A stretch of 64,000 bases of DNA, taken from positions 183,502-247,501 of the forward strand of contig CAWAVQ010000007.1 of assembly GCA_963785535.1 (NCBI GenBank). The letters run 5' to 3'. The stretch is from an uncultured Chloroflexia bacterium (GTDB lineage: Bacteria; Chloroflexota; Anaerolineae; Anaerolineales; Villigracilaceae). Below, in pieces: positions 1 to 8,741 of this stretch; the first letter of the stretch is position 1; every line of letters starts with the position of its first letter. The notes under the pieces were generated by a model. It was not told the origin of the DNA. It did no database searches and saw only the letters and a list, made by a program, of their open reading frames with translations. The translations under genes and the position numbers were made by a program.

Positions 1-390
1 ACACTATCGTTCAACTTCTGGTTCGGAGAAATCCTGTTGGGTGCTGTCATACCGATCATTCTCCTACTCAACAAGAAGACGCGCTTGAATCCTGCCTTAC
101 GCATGGTAGCGCTTCTATTGATTGCCGGTGGTGTAATTGCCTATCGCTGGGATACAAACCTTTCCGGTCTGCTGGTGCTCGTATCTTACCTGCCCGGTGC
201 GCCTACTGTTGCTTACACCTCCTACCGGCCCTCACTGGTGGAGTGGATGGCAGGCCTGGGCATTATTTCCTACGGGGTGATGCTCTTCTCACTAGGTGTA
301 CGTTACTTACGAGTAGTCGATCACCGACCAGTTCATGAAGAACGAGAACCTATCACGGTAGAATCTGCTGCCGAAACGGTAACAGCCTGA
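1..390 (+). CDS. NrfD/PsrC-family polytopic quinone-interacting membrane subunit, C-terminal fragment (5' end outside window)
   Basis: Frame 1 is open from nt 1 (TLSFNFWFGEILLGAVIP...) into the 117-aa ORF. It has hydrophobic helices and a YRPSLVEW motif resembling the conserved C-terminal Y-x-P-x-x-x-E of NrfD-type proteins. A terminator follows. Confidence 0.5.
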   Translation, partial: TLSFNFWFGEILLGAVIPIILLLNKKTRLNPALRMVALLLIAGGVIAYRWDTNLSGLLVLVSYLPGAPTVAYTSYRPSLVEWMAGLGIISYGVMLFSLGVRYLRVVDHRPVHEEREPITVESAAETVTA

Positions 391-410
391 AAGTCCAGTT
401 AGAAGCGAAC

Positions 411-442
411 AAGCCGTCTCACAAAGAGACGGCTTGTTTTCT
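411..442 (+). terminator. Rho-independent terminator
   Basis: Perfect 10-bp stem aagccgtctc/gagacggctt (411-420/426-435), 5-nt loop, then gttttctt. Confidence 0.8.
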
Positions 443-460
443 TGTTAAGCTAAGATATGT

Positions 461-718
461 TTATTTTTCAGGCGCGCCGGCGTCGATCCATTTTTCGATG
501 ACAGCCAGTTCGTCAGCAGAGAAGTTTGCAAAATGCTTCCCGCTTTGTACCTGGACAAGCAAGCTGCCAGTACTATCTCCCGGTTTAATAACCGGGCCAT
601 CTTCGCTACCCTTCATTGCACTCGCGTAGGTTGAAAAATCCAGCCCCTTTTGAGGAGATGAACCGCTGTGACAAACAGTACATTTCGCCGCGAATAACGG
701 GCCAGCGTATGAAATCAA
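461..718 (-). CDS. Detached C-terminal monohaem c-type module (Planctomycete-cytochrome-C/PSCyt1-like), probably the frameshifted end of ORF 606-2150
   Basis: PLFAAKCTVCHSG...GPVIKPGDSTGSLL...WIDAGAPEK is paralogous to the C-terminal modules of ORFs 2169-4313 and 5777-7321. It overlaps ORF 606-2150 in another frame and has no own RBS. Confidence 0.6.
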   Translation of the reverse strand: MISYAGPLFAAKCTVCHSGSSPQKGLDFSTYASAMKGSEDGPVIKPGDSTGSLLVQVQSGKHFANFSADELAVIEKWIDAGAPEK

Positions 719-2150
719 AGGTTGGGTTCTCCGAGTCTGTAGAAGCAGATGCAGAGGGGGTCGGTGTGGGCAACTGATCCTTCAAGATTTCGCGCAAGGC
801 GGGCGCGTCAAATCCCGCGTAGGTGTAGACGTTGCCATGGCAGGCGCTATTGGAGCAGAAGGACGTATTGCTGGTACCACCGGGATCGTCAGTGGTATGA
901 CAATCAGCACAGCTAGAATCAAAAGCTTGATTGTGTAAACTGATCCAGTTTGGATTTGTATGTGTCTCGGGCTCAGGACCACGGCTGATTTCAATATTGG
1001 TAACGAAATCATTCGAGGCGGACACCACCGGGATAGAGTGGCAAACATTGCATTCAAGTCGAATGGCCTGGTTGTCGCTATTCAAATGTTTACCGTCATG
1101 ACAACGGAAACAGCCCGGTGAATAGATATGACCAAGGTTGTTGGGATGGGTAGTCCAGTCCACTTTTTGGTCGGGGAAGAAGGTCAGATCGTAAATGTCT
1201 TTGATCGACTGAACCGCTTGATCGATCTGATCGCTGTGACCCTGGTAATAATCGGTTGTCTTATAGTATTCACCAACAGCATCAATCGCTTGCATTGCGG
1301 CATCGCGCGTATCATATGAGTTAGATAGCACAGCCACCGCACGCTGGTGAATATCTGGAATATCCGGACTGATCAAACCACGCGACATGGCATCGTCCAC
1401 CGAAACCGTTGGTGGTTCGAAGTTATGAGAGACACGATTATGGCAGGTGGTGCATTCCATTTGCTTCAACTTGCTCTCATCCATCGTGGAAGGATCGAAA
1501 CCGGACTGGACATCTGTATATTCCGTATATGTTCCGTCATCATTCATAACACGCACATACGGGATAACCTGGTTTTCTATATCGTTAGAATAGTAATAGA
1601 CAGGATTCACAATGTGCCAGTGAATACCGCGCCCAAGACCTTCGCGCTTGGCACCGCCACCGGTCTTCAAGATCAAATATGTGGTGGACTTTGTGTTTTC
1701 TGCGTCATTCAGGAAATGCGAGATAGTTACCAGACTGTCGCTAGAAAAGGTTTCCGGTTGGTGGCATTTTTCACAGGTAAGGATATCCGGTTTGGTGCGC
1801 GTAGCACGGATCGGGAACTCATAGGTGTGGAAAACCATTGAGTATAACTCATACACATCCTCGCTTTTACGAGCCAGTTGTTGCCCAACAAAGGCGCGGC
1901 CAATATGGCACTCGGTGCAGTATACATTGGCATGTGGCGAGACTTTGTAGGTTGCATTCTGGGGCGGCATAGTGTGACATGCCGTCCCACAAAATGTTGG
2001 AGAGTTGGTGTAATCCCACGCATAGGCTCCACCGACCAGCAGTAAGATGGTTACTACGCCAAGGATCGTGTAAGGCAATACCAACGCCCAACGCGATGAA
2101 CCATGGGGCGGGAAAAAGAAATTGTGGATTTTTGTGCGAAGTTTGGTCAC
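606..2150 (-). CDS. Membrane-anchored NapC/NirT-like multihaem cytochrome c (7 CxxCH + 1 CxxxxCH)
   Basis: N-terminal TM helix followed directly by CGTACH and CTECH as in NapC/NirT/NrfH quinol dehydrogenases. Further motifs: CEKCH, CTTCH, CFRCH, CNVCH, CADCH, CSNSACH. The last ~35 aa look like out-of-frame read-through. Confidence 0.75.
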   Translation of the reverse strand: MTKLRTKIHNFFFPPHGSSRWALVLPYTILGVVTILLLVGGAYAWDYTNSPTFCGTACHTMPPQNATYKVSPHANVYCTECHIGRAFVGQQLARKSEDVYELYSMVFHTYEFPIRATRTKPDILTCEKCHQPETFSSDSLVTISHFLNDAENTKSTTYLILKTGGGAKREGLGRGIHWHIVNPVYYYSNDIENQVIPYVRVMNDDGTYTEYTDVQSGFDPSTMDESKLKQMECTTCHNRVSHNFEPPTVSVDDAMSRGLISPDIPDIHQRAVAVLSNSYDTRDAAMQAIDAVGEYYKTTDYYQGHSDQIDQAVQSIKDIYDLTFFPDQKVDWTTHPNNLGHIYSPGCFRCHDGKHLNSDNQAIRLECNVCHSIPVVSASNDFVTNIEISRGPEPETHTNPNWISLHNQAFDSSCADCHTTDDPGGTSNTSFCSNSACHGNVYTYAGFDAPALREILKDQLPTPTPSASASTDSENPTFDFIRWPVIRGEMYCLSQRFISSKGAGFFNLRECNEG

Positions 2151-2168
2151 GATGAAAGAGTCTCCTCT

Positions 2169-4313
2169 TTAGTTTTCTGGAGCGCCAGCAGTAATCCAAT
2201 CCAGAATGATTTGAATTTCTTCGTCCGACATTTTACCAGAAGGAGGCATCACGGCGCCTCCTGATCCTGAAACACGCTGAGCCAATATGCTGTTGGTAAC
2301 ATCGCCTGCAATGACAACAGGACCATTATTGCCGGTAGTTGTCACGGATTGATACGAGCTCGAATCCCAACCAGCCATGGCCGAGTTCTGATTGTGGCAA
2401 ACTTGACAATTTGCCTTGAAGAGAGGCACAACCTGGTCGGAGAAACTGACTGTCGGAGTGGCCGGGGTTGCGCCACCCAGAACTCGTATATATTGGACCA
2501 AAAGGTTAATTTGCTCATCCGTCAGGCTATCGCCCCAGGCGACCATTGGCGTTGCCGTATGTCCGTTGCTGATGGTATCAAACAAAGCTTGATCATCATA
2601 TTTATCCTGGATTTCCTGCGTATTGAGAGCAGGTCCAACACCACCTTCACCTTGCGCGCCGTGGCAACTGGCGCAGGCGATAGCGAACAATTGACCTCCT
2701 GTCAGACTGGGTATAGGTTCTGGCGTAGGAGCAGTTACTTCGGGAGTCGGAAGCGGGGTTGGCGTCGGGAATTGAGGCGGTTCTTGGACCGGCGGGTTAG
2801 CTTCCCAACTGCGGATATATTCCACCAGCGCGTCTAGTTGGTCATCATTCAGTGGCCCACCATTTGCATCCCCAAAGGGAGACATGCCAATATCGGGCTG
2901 TCCTTGCGAGATGATATTTCGAATAGTAGTATCGTCGCGAGTTTTCAGGAATTCTGCAGAACTGATGGGCGGGATAATATCACCTGCACGAGTAGGATTC
3001 GGACCGCCTTCACCAAACTGCCCATGACAGGCGCTACAGTTCTGGGCAAAGAGCGCGGCCCCAATACCAGTGCCACCACCCTTGCTGGCATCATACGTAT
3101 ATTTAACCAGCGCATCCAGTTGTTCAGCCGTAAGGATATTGCCCCAAACAGGCATGGTCACGTGTGGGCCACCACTGCTGATAATCTTGGCAGCGCTTTC
3201 TCTATCAGGCGCAGAAGGTACTTTATCACCATGACAGGCTGCGCAATGCTGACTAAACAGCGTTGCTCCGGCCGGGTAGGAACTCGGATCAACCACGTAC
3301 GCTGCCAGCGCATTCAAATCATTTTCGCTGAGGGTACCTTTCCAGGCGGGCATAGACAGATGCTGTCCACCTTGAGAAATCAAAGTACGCAGTTCATCTT
3401 CCGTGCCTGAAAAGGCGACACCTTCTCCGTGGCATCCAGAGCAATTGATAGCGAACAAGCGCTGTCCATCCGGAGCAGCCAGGAAGTTCAGCAAAGCATT
3501 ACGCTGATCGGTAGAAAGTGTCTGACTCCAATCAGGAATATCCTGTCCCTCATGGGGCGGATAACTTGAACCATCTGTAAAGACGCGTTGAAGTTCTAAC
3601 GGATTACCCGCTGCTTGCACCATTTGAGTATGGCAAGTCTCGCAATATTGGGCATAGAGCGCGCTACCATTGGGTGACAGGATAAAACCAGCCAGTTGGT
3701 CGATCTGATCAGTACTTAAATCAGCTCCCCAGGCTGGCATGCCTTCATGGGTGCCAGCAGCAATCACTTTATGCAGGTCCGTACCTGGCGGCACATCAAT
3801 GCTTTCGCCGTGGCAGTTAGCACAGTTGGTGGCATACAAAGCAGCAGCTTGGTCTACAACCACTTTCTCCTGCGGGGGAGGTGCCTCAGTCGCTGCTAAG
3901 AAAGTCAACGTGCCCACTCCAATCACAACGAGCAGGGCAGCAACTGTAGCAAAGGGGCGATTACGAAAATGGCGTTTTGCACTTTTGTCAATAAACGGCA
4001 GGGCAAACAAAAGCAAAATGAACAGGCCCGGCAATACCATCGCCCCAATCACTTCCAGATTTCCTGGGAAATATTTAAGCAATTGGAACAGGAACAGGAA
4101 ATACCATTCAGGGCGCGGCGTATAACTGGTATCGTTAGGATTGGCACGCGCTTCTAACGGCGCGCCTATAAAGTAGGCAAGCGCAACCAGAACCAAGAAG
4201 ACTATCAGCGTAACAACTGCGTCTTTAAAGATGATATCCGGGAAAAAGGGAACACCTTTTTCCTTGGCTTCTTTATAACGCTGTAAATAGGATTTCTTCT
4301 CTTGTTCGTTCAT
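2169..4313 (-). CDS. qcrC: Cytochrome bc-complex subunit IV (cyt b C-terminal half) fused to seven c-type haem domains (QcrC-like)
   Basis: N-terminus has 3 TM helices with the PEWYFLFLFQ motif of b6f subunit IV/QcrC. Then CANCH, CETCH, CSGCH, CAACH, CSACH, CASCH, CQVCH. The last module is PSCyt1-like (WITAGAPEN end). Confidence 0.8.
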   Translation of the reverse strand: MNEQEKKSYLQRYKEAKEKGVPFFPDIIFKDAVVTLIVFLVLVALAYFIGAPLEARANPNDTSYTPRPEWYFLFLFQLLKYFPGNLEVIGAMVLPGLFILLLFALPFIDKSAKRHFRNRPFATVAALLVVIGVGTLTFLAATEAPPPQEKVVVDQAAALYATNCANCHGESIDVPPGTDLHKVIAAGTHEGMPAWGADLSTDQIDQLAGFILSPNGSALYAQYCETCHTQMVQAAGNPLELQRVFTDGSSYPPHEGQDIPDWSQTLSTDQRNALLNFLAAPDGQRLFAINCSGCHGEGVAFSGTEDELRTLISQGGQHLSMPAWKGTLSENDLNALAAYVVDPSSYPAGATLFSQHCAACHGDKVPSAPDRESAAKIISSGGPHVTMPVWGNILTAEQLDALVKYTYDASKGGGTGIGAALFAQNCSACHGQFGEGGPNPTRAGDIIPPISSAEFLKTRDDTTIRNIISQGQPDIGMSPFGDANGGPLNDDQLDALVEYIRSWEANPPVQEPPQFPTPTPLPTPEVTAPTPEPIPSLTGGQLFAIACASCHGAQGEGGVGPALNTQEIQDKYDDQALFDTISNGHTATPMVAWGDSLTDEQINLLVQYIRVLGGATPATPTVSFSDQVVPLFKANCQVCHNQNSAMAGWDSSSYQSVTTTGNNGPVVIAGDVTNSILAQRVSGSGGAVMPPSGKMSDEEIQIILDWITAGAPEN

Positions 4314-4316
4314 GGC

Positions 4317-4979
4317 TTATTCATCCTTTTCTGGCACCGCTGAAATGCCTATACGGATGATCAGATAGAGATGGATACCAATCAAAGTGGCCAGCGAAGC
4401 AGGCAGGACCCAGACATGCGTGCCAAAAAAACGTGCTAGTGTGACAGCAGATAAGTCCGGTCCACCACGGGCAATCCGAAGGATCCAGTCCCCAATCACT
4501 GGCGCTATCCCCGCGATTTTCGTCCCAACTGTTGTCGCCCAGTAAGCTTTTTGATCCCAGGGCAACAGGTAACCCGTAAATCCAAAACCAATCACTACGA
4601 GAAAAAGAAGTACACCCGTGATCCAGGTCATTTCACGCGGATATTTGTACGCCCCGTAGAAGAACACACGCAATAGATGCGCTACTACCAACACAACCAT
4701 CGCGCTGGCTCCCCAGTGATGCAGGCCACGGATGAACCAGCCCATCGGCAACTGGGTCGTGATGTAAGTCACACTGTCATAGGCGTGGGTCGGGTCAGGC
4801 ACATAATACATTGTCAGCAGAATACCGGTAACACCCTGCATAATTGCAACGAACAGGGTGGCGCTTCCGAGCGTATAGAACCAGTTGACGTGGGGGATTT
4901 TTCGCAGGAAAATGGCTTCCCATACTTGTCGCCATTGGAAACGCTCATCCAGCCAATCGCCAATTTTTGCCCACATCAT
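4317..4979 (-). CDS. qcrB: Cytochrome b6-type subunit (N-terminal half of cytochrome b)
   Basis: 220 aa, 4 TM helices. Carries HHWGASAMV, LLPWDQKAYWAT and RFFGTHVWVLP motifs typical of PetB/QcrB. Confidence 0.9.
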   Translation of the reverse strand: MMWAKIGDWLDERFQWRQVWEAIFLRKIPHVNWFYTLGSATLFVAIMQGVTGILLTMYYVPDPTHAYDSVTYITTQLPMGWFIRGLHHWGASAMVVLVVAHLLRVFFYGAYKYPREMTWITGVLLFLVVIGFGFTGYLLPWDQKAYWATTVGTKIAGIAPVIGDWILRIARGGPDLSAVTLARFFGTHVWVLPASLATLIGIHLYLIIRIGISAVPEKDE

Positions 4980-5461
4980 GCACCTCGCTTTGCATAAAGA
5001 ACCCCATCTTCAACCTTAGTTTCGAAATGATCCAGGGAACGAGGTGGAGGCCCGCTAACAACACTGCCATCTTTGGCATAAACACCATTATGGCAAGGGC
5101 AGAAAAATTCTCCCTGTTCAGGAATCCAGCGTACACGACAGCCCAGATGGGTGCACACATTGGACATAACGGTGAAATCCTGACCGTTTTCCGTTAATGC
5201 ATAAACTGAAAGCTCTTCATTCGAACTGATCCAACCCGTCTGGGTTTCAATTGTGGTTTTGAATAAGGTAGGAGTATTCAATTCGACTTTACTGACCGCG
5301 CCCAATTGAATCCAGTTCCCCTCATCTTTTTTGAGCGCCGGGCCAACAATGTAGGGAACCGCTGATATTCCAATTGCTCCTCCAATGACCCCCCCTATCG
5401 CAAAAATGGCCGTTTTCATAAAATCACGGCGATTAACTCTTTCATCTTTCGAAGTTTTCAT
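4976..5461 (-). CDS. qcrA: Rieske [2Fe-2S] subunit with Tat signal
   Basis: RRDFMK twin-arginine motif, plus CTHLGC and CPCHNG cluster boxes. ATG at 5461 sits 9 nt after GGAGG (the ORF track starts at GTG 5476). 4-nt overlap with qcrB. Confidence 0.9.
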   Translation of the reverse strand: MKTSKDERVNRRDFMKTAIFAIGGVIGGAIGISAVPYIVGPALKKDEGNWIQLGAVSKVELNTPTLFKTTIETQTGWISSNEELSVYALTENGQDFTVMSNVCTHLGCRVRWIPEQGEFFCPCHNGVYAKDGSVVSGPPPRSLDHFETKVEDGVLYAKRGA

Positions 5462-5680
5462 GGGGCTCACCTCCAATGGCGAATAAGGGAAAGGTGTACT
5501 ACCATTATCTGCCTAACACTCCCATCAAATGGTCTCCAATGACTGTTTGGCAGATTTCCTAATTTTAATTCAAAACAGCGTTCCATGTCGCTGCTGGGTA
5601 TTATATGATCTAAGCTTGAACATGTTTAGGAAGAATGTATGTAATACGGCCATGATGATTGTCATTAGAATATTTCTTTC

Positions 5681-5716
5681 GAAAAAATTTTCATTGAAAT
5701 CGTGATTTCAATGAAA
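5681..5716 (-). terminator. Rho-independent terminator of the CbcL-like operon
   Basis: On the minus strand: 12-bp perfect stem tttcattgaaat/atttcaatgaaa (5689-5700/5705-5716) followed by a T6-7 tract (top-strand aaaaaa 5682-5687). A second hairpin lies at 5716-5745. Confidence 0.75.
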
Positions 5717-5776
5717 CAGAGACAGCCTTACTGAACTGCCTCTGTACGAAGAGAAGGTGTGTTTTTTGAGAAACCT

Positions 5777-7294
5777 TTACTTTTCTAAAGCGCCAGCATC
5801 GATCCAGGCCTTGACGCGAGCAATTTCGTCTGGAGTCAATTGGCCGGGATGCCCACCAGCCTCCTGCTTGACAACCAACAGGCTATCCGCGCTATCACCA
5901 GGGACAATCACTACCCCGGATTCACCGCCTGCGATGGCGCCCGCATAGGTGGTCAGGTTGAGGCCTGCCATAGCAGCGGCTCCGTGGCAGGTCGCACATT
6001 CGCTCTCAAATATATTTGCAATGTCGCCTTCCCAGACCGGATTGGCAACAGGTTCAAGGCTTTCCACAGCACCTGCATCGATCCAGGCCTGCACGATCGC
6101 GATCTCTTCAGGAGTCAATTGGCCAGGATGCCCACCGGCTTGCTGTTTGTTGATCAAAAGGCTGTTCGCGCTGTCACCCGGTATGATAACCGGACCTGTA
6201 TCGCCCCCCTTCATGGCATCCGCGTAGGAAGACAGATTGAGCCCACCCGTGGCGGCCGGGCCATGACAGGTCAGACATTTCGATTGGAACAACGGAAATA
6301 CGTCCGTGTCCCAGGTCAGGCCTAGCGCGGCCGGTGTAAGTGTTTCCACTGGCGGAGTTCCTGAGACTTCTAACGTAGCGGTTGCAGGTATCGTCGCAGT
6401 GGGCGGTACTGGAGTTGCCGTAGGAGAGGGCGTAAGCGTGGGCGTCTTTGTAAAAGGCACATAGACCGGAAGCGGGCTGGGCTGCGGTGGAATTGTCGTA
6501 ATGGCTGTTTTTTCGCCATTCACAAATCCGTATACACCTGCCAACATGACAAGCGCCAACACACCAGCCACGGGGTAGTAAACTATCTGGCGTTTGCGCA
6601 GAACATCTTTCGGGACCGAACGTTGTTCTAGTCCGGCCTTGATGTCGGCTAACTCCAGCGGATGCTCATGCAGCATCTCTTCTTCGCTCATTTTGCCTGT
6701 CCACATGGACTTATTGAAGCGCTTGAGATGCACGCCGTACAAATGCCAGATAATGATGGCCAGTACTGCCAGAAGGGCCTCTCCTCCATGTGCAGCCTTG
6801 GCCGCTGGGATCCATTCTCCAGGCAGGAATTTGGTACTCGTGATGGGATTCCACATCAAGAAACCGGTCAGGCCCATGATAATCGCACCCCACACAAAGG
6901 CCCAGTATTCCAATTTCTCTTCAAAAGTATAGCGTCCCATTTGGGGAAAGCTCTTGGCCAGACCAATGTTGTACATCAGGGCCTGCAAGCCATCTTTTGC
7001 GTCTTGCAGGCTGGGTAGCATATTCATCCTGGCGCGCAGGACAAATATCATGTATCCGCCTTTGAGAATATGGTAGGCAGCCCCTAACATCATAACGGTA
7101 GCAGCTATGTGGTGGATAGTGCGCAGATTATCAATACCGCCCAGTAGATTGATAAAGGCTACGGAAATGCTGGCAAGCGAATATTTCTGTGGCAAGCCGG
7201 TCAGAGCCAGCGTGCCAAAGGAAAGCAACATAACCAGATGTTCAATGCGCCGCGCCAGCGAAAAACGTTGGTAAGATGTGGTTTTCTCACTCAT
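5777..7294 (-). CDS. Dihaem b-type cytochrome membrane subunit (FdnI/HydC, cytochrome b561-like) fused to two PSCyt1-like c-type haem modules
   Basis: N-terminus RRIEHLVMLLSFGTLALTGLPQ plus conserved His in 4 TM helices. Pro/Thr linker. Two repeats carry CLTCH and CATCH, each ending WIDAGA. ATG at 7294 makes an ATGAGTGA overlap with the upstream stop (the track ORF starts at 7321). Confidence 0.75.
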   Translation of the reverse strand: MSEKTTSYQRFSLARRIEHLVMLLSFGTLALTGLPQKYSLASISVAFINLLGGIDNLRTIHHIAATVMMLGAAYHILKGGYMIFVLRARMNMLPSLQDAKDGLQALMYNIGLAKSFPQMGRYTFEEKLEYWAFVWGAIIMGLTGFLMWNPITSTKFLPGEWIPAAKAAHGGEALLAVLAIIIWHLYGVHLKRFNKSMWTGKMSEEEMLHEHPLELADIKAGLEQRSVPKDVLRKRQIVYYPVAGVLALVMLAGVYGFVNGEKTAITTIPPQPSPLPVYVPFTKTPTLTPSPTATPVPPTATIPATATLEVSGTPPVETLTPAALGLTWDTDVFPLFQSKCLTCHGPAATGGLNLSSYADAMKGGDTGPVIIPGDSANSLLINKQQAGGHPGQLTPEEIAIVQAWIDAGAVESLEPVANPVWEGDIANIFESECATCHGAAAMAGLNLTTYAGAIAGGESGVVIVPGDSADSLLVVKQEAGGHPGQLTPDEIARVKAWIDAGALEK

Positions 7295-8456
7295 GAGCGC
7301 GTTCTCCTTGTTTGCGGGCAATGAAGCGACGATAAATATCGGTCAACACATACAGCAGCATACCGCCAAGCACAGTGGGAATAAAAATCTTATAGAACAG
7401 ATTCACGTAATACACCAATGGATAATGGTCTGGGCTGGCAATATAATGGCTCATCCATGCGTCCGGGAAATTGGCGGTTGCGTCCGGGTGACAACGCTGG
7501 CACTTGACTAGCAGGTTCTTTTTAATGGCAATGCCTGCCTGGGGATCATCCACGCGTTTGATGTCATGGACGCCATGACAGTCTGTGCAGACTGGTTTGT
7601 TGGTCGGAAGATTCGGGTTTGTTTCTTCGAACAGGGTCACGGTCGTGCCATGGAAATCAGCCACATAGGTATTCAAGACGTCCGTTGAAATCCCATACTG
7701 CTTCATGATCGTTTCATTGGTATGGCATTTGGCGCACAAAAGCGGGATGTCATTGCGGAATCGTGCTGTGGTCGGATTTTGAATATTATGGACGCCGTGG
7801 CAATCGATGCAGGTCGGGACGTACTGATTCCCTTCTTCTGTTAAGGCTGCTCCATGTACGCTTTGTTTATATGTATCGTAAATGGCACTATGGCACTGAG
7901 CGCAGGTCTGAGGGATCTGCAAACGGGCACCCAGTAGAATTTCACCCGTTTTTTTATCAGTAATACGGGCCTGGGTGTGCGGGTTGTGACAATCGGTGCA
8001 GATGGCCGCATTTTCGTTGCCGGCTGCCAATGCCCTCTGGTGAACGCTATCCAACACATTGGTATATTGCTCAATATGGCATTTCTGACAGACCGTGTAC
8101 AACTGGAATTGCGCATCGCGGATAGTCTGGGCAGCAAATTCCGGGTGCGGGATCGTGGCCATCGCCTCGTGGCAATCCACACAATTGATCGATTCCTGTC
8201 CATGTACGGCATGGTCGAACTTGCTACTATCGATATATAGGGATAGAGATTCTCCATCTGGGAAAGTCTTACTAAGACTTTGCTGAGAGTGACAACTCAA
8301 GCAGACATCGTTCGAAACTTCCTGGGAAGGTGGAGCTGCTCCCGCTGAACTGGCCGTGAGCACAGCCAGCATGACTACCATTAAGGCCAAGCCAACGGCC
8401 AGGAAGAATAGCCTGCGGTCCATTCGCAGGGATTGGGGTGTTCGTCTCATTAACAT
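7287..8456 (-). CDS. Periplasmic nonahaem cytochrome c with signal peptide and C-terminal TM anchor
   Basis: Nine CxxCH motifs (CLSCH, CVDCH, CQKCH, CTDCH, CAQCH, CIDCH, CAKCH, CTDCH, CQRCH). Hydrophobic N-terminal signal and C-terminal helix. Confidence 0.85.
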   Translation of the reverse strand: MLMRRTPQSLRMDRRLFFLAVGLALMVVMLAVLTASSAGAAPPSQEVSNDVCLSCHSQQSLSKTFPDGESLSLYIDSSKFDHAVHGQESINCVDCHEAMATIPHPEFAAQTIRDAQFQLYTVCQKCHIEQYTNVLDSVHQRALAAGNENAAICTDCHNPHTQARITDKKTGEILLGARLQIPQTCAQCHSAIYDTYKQSVHGAALTEEGNQYVPTCIDCHGVHNIQNPTTARFRNDIPLLCAKCHTNETIMKQYGISTDVLNTYVADFHGTTVTLFEETNPNLPTNKPVCTDCHGVHDIKRVDDPQAGIAIKKNLLVKCQRCHPDATANFPDAWMSHYIASPDHYPLVYYVNLFYKIFIPTVLGGMLLYVLTDIYRRFIARKQGERAHE

Positions 8457-8676
8457 TCTCCTGTCTTCTCCAAAGTTGCGGTATGAGACCTTAAAATAGC
8501 ATCATAGCTATACAACATTATGAACAAGATTAGGCACTTTATAATTTCGATTACATAATTAGAAATAACAGTTATACACCAAAAGCTTGCATGGGGCAAT
8601 CTGCCCATATTTTAGTGGGCTATTTACCCCACGAGTAGTGCATTTTATCACGAATTCGGTGTGATTAGGAGAATGA

Positions 8677-8710
8677 CGCAAAACAGGACTGCCAATTTGG
8701 CAGTCCTGTT
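8677..8710 (-). terminator. Rho-independent terminator after the hexahaem lipoprotein gene
   Basis: 12-bp stem aacaggactgcc/ggcagtcctgtt (8682-8693/8699-8710). On the minus strand it is followed by tttt. Confidence 0.8.
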
Positions 8711-8741
8711 GTCTAACTTATTTTACTTTGCCAGAAGCGAG

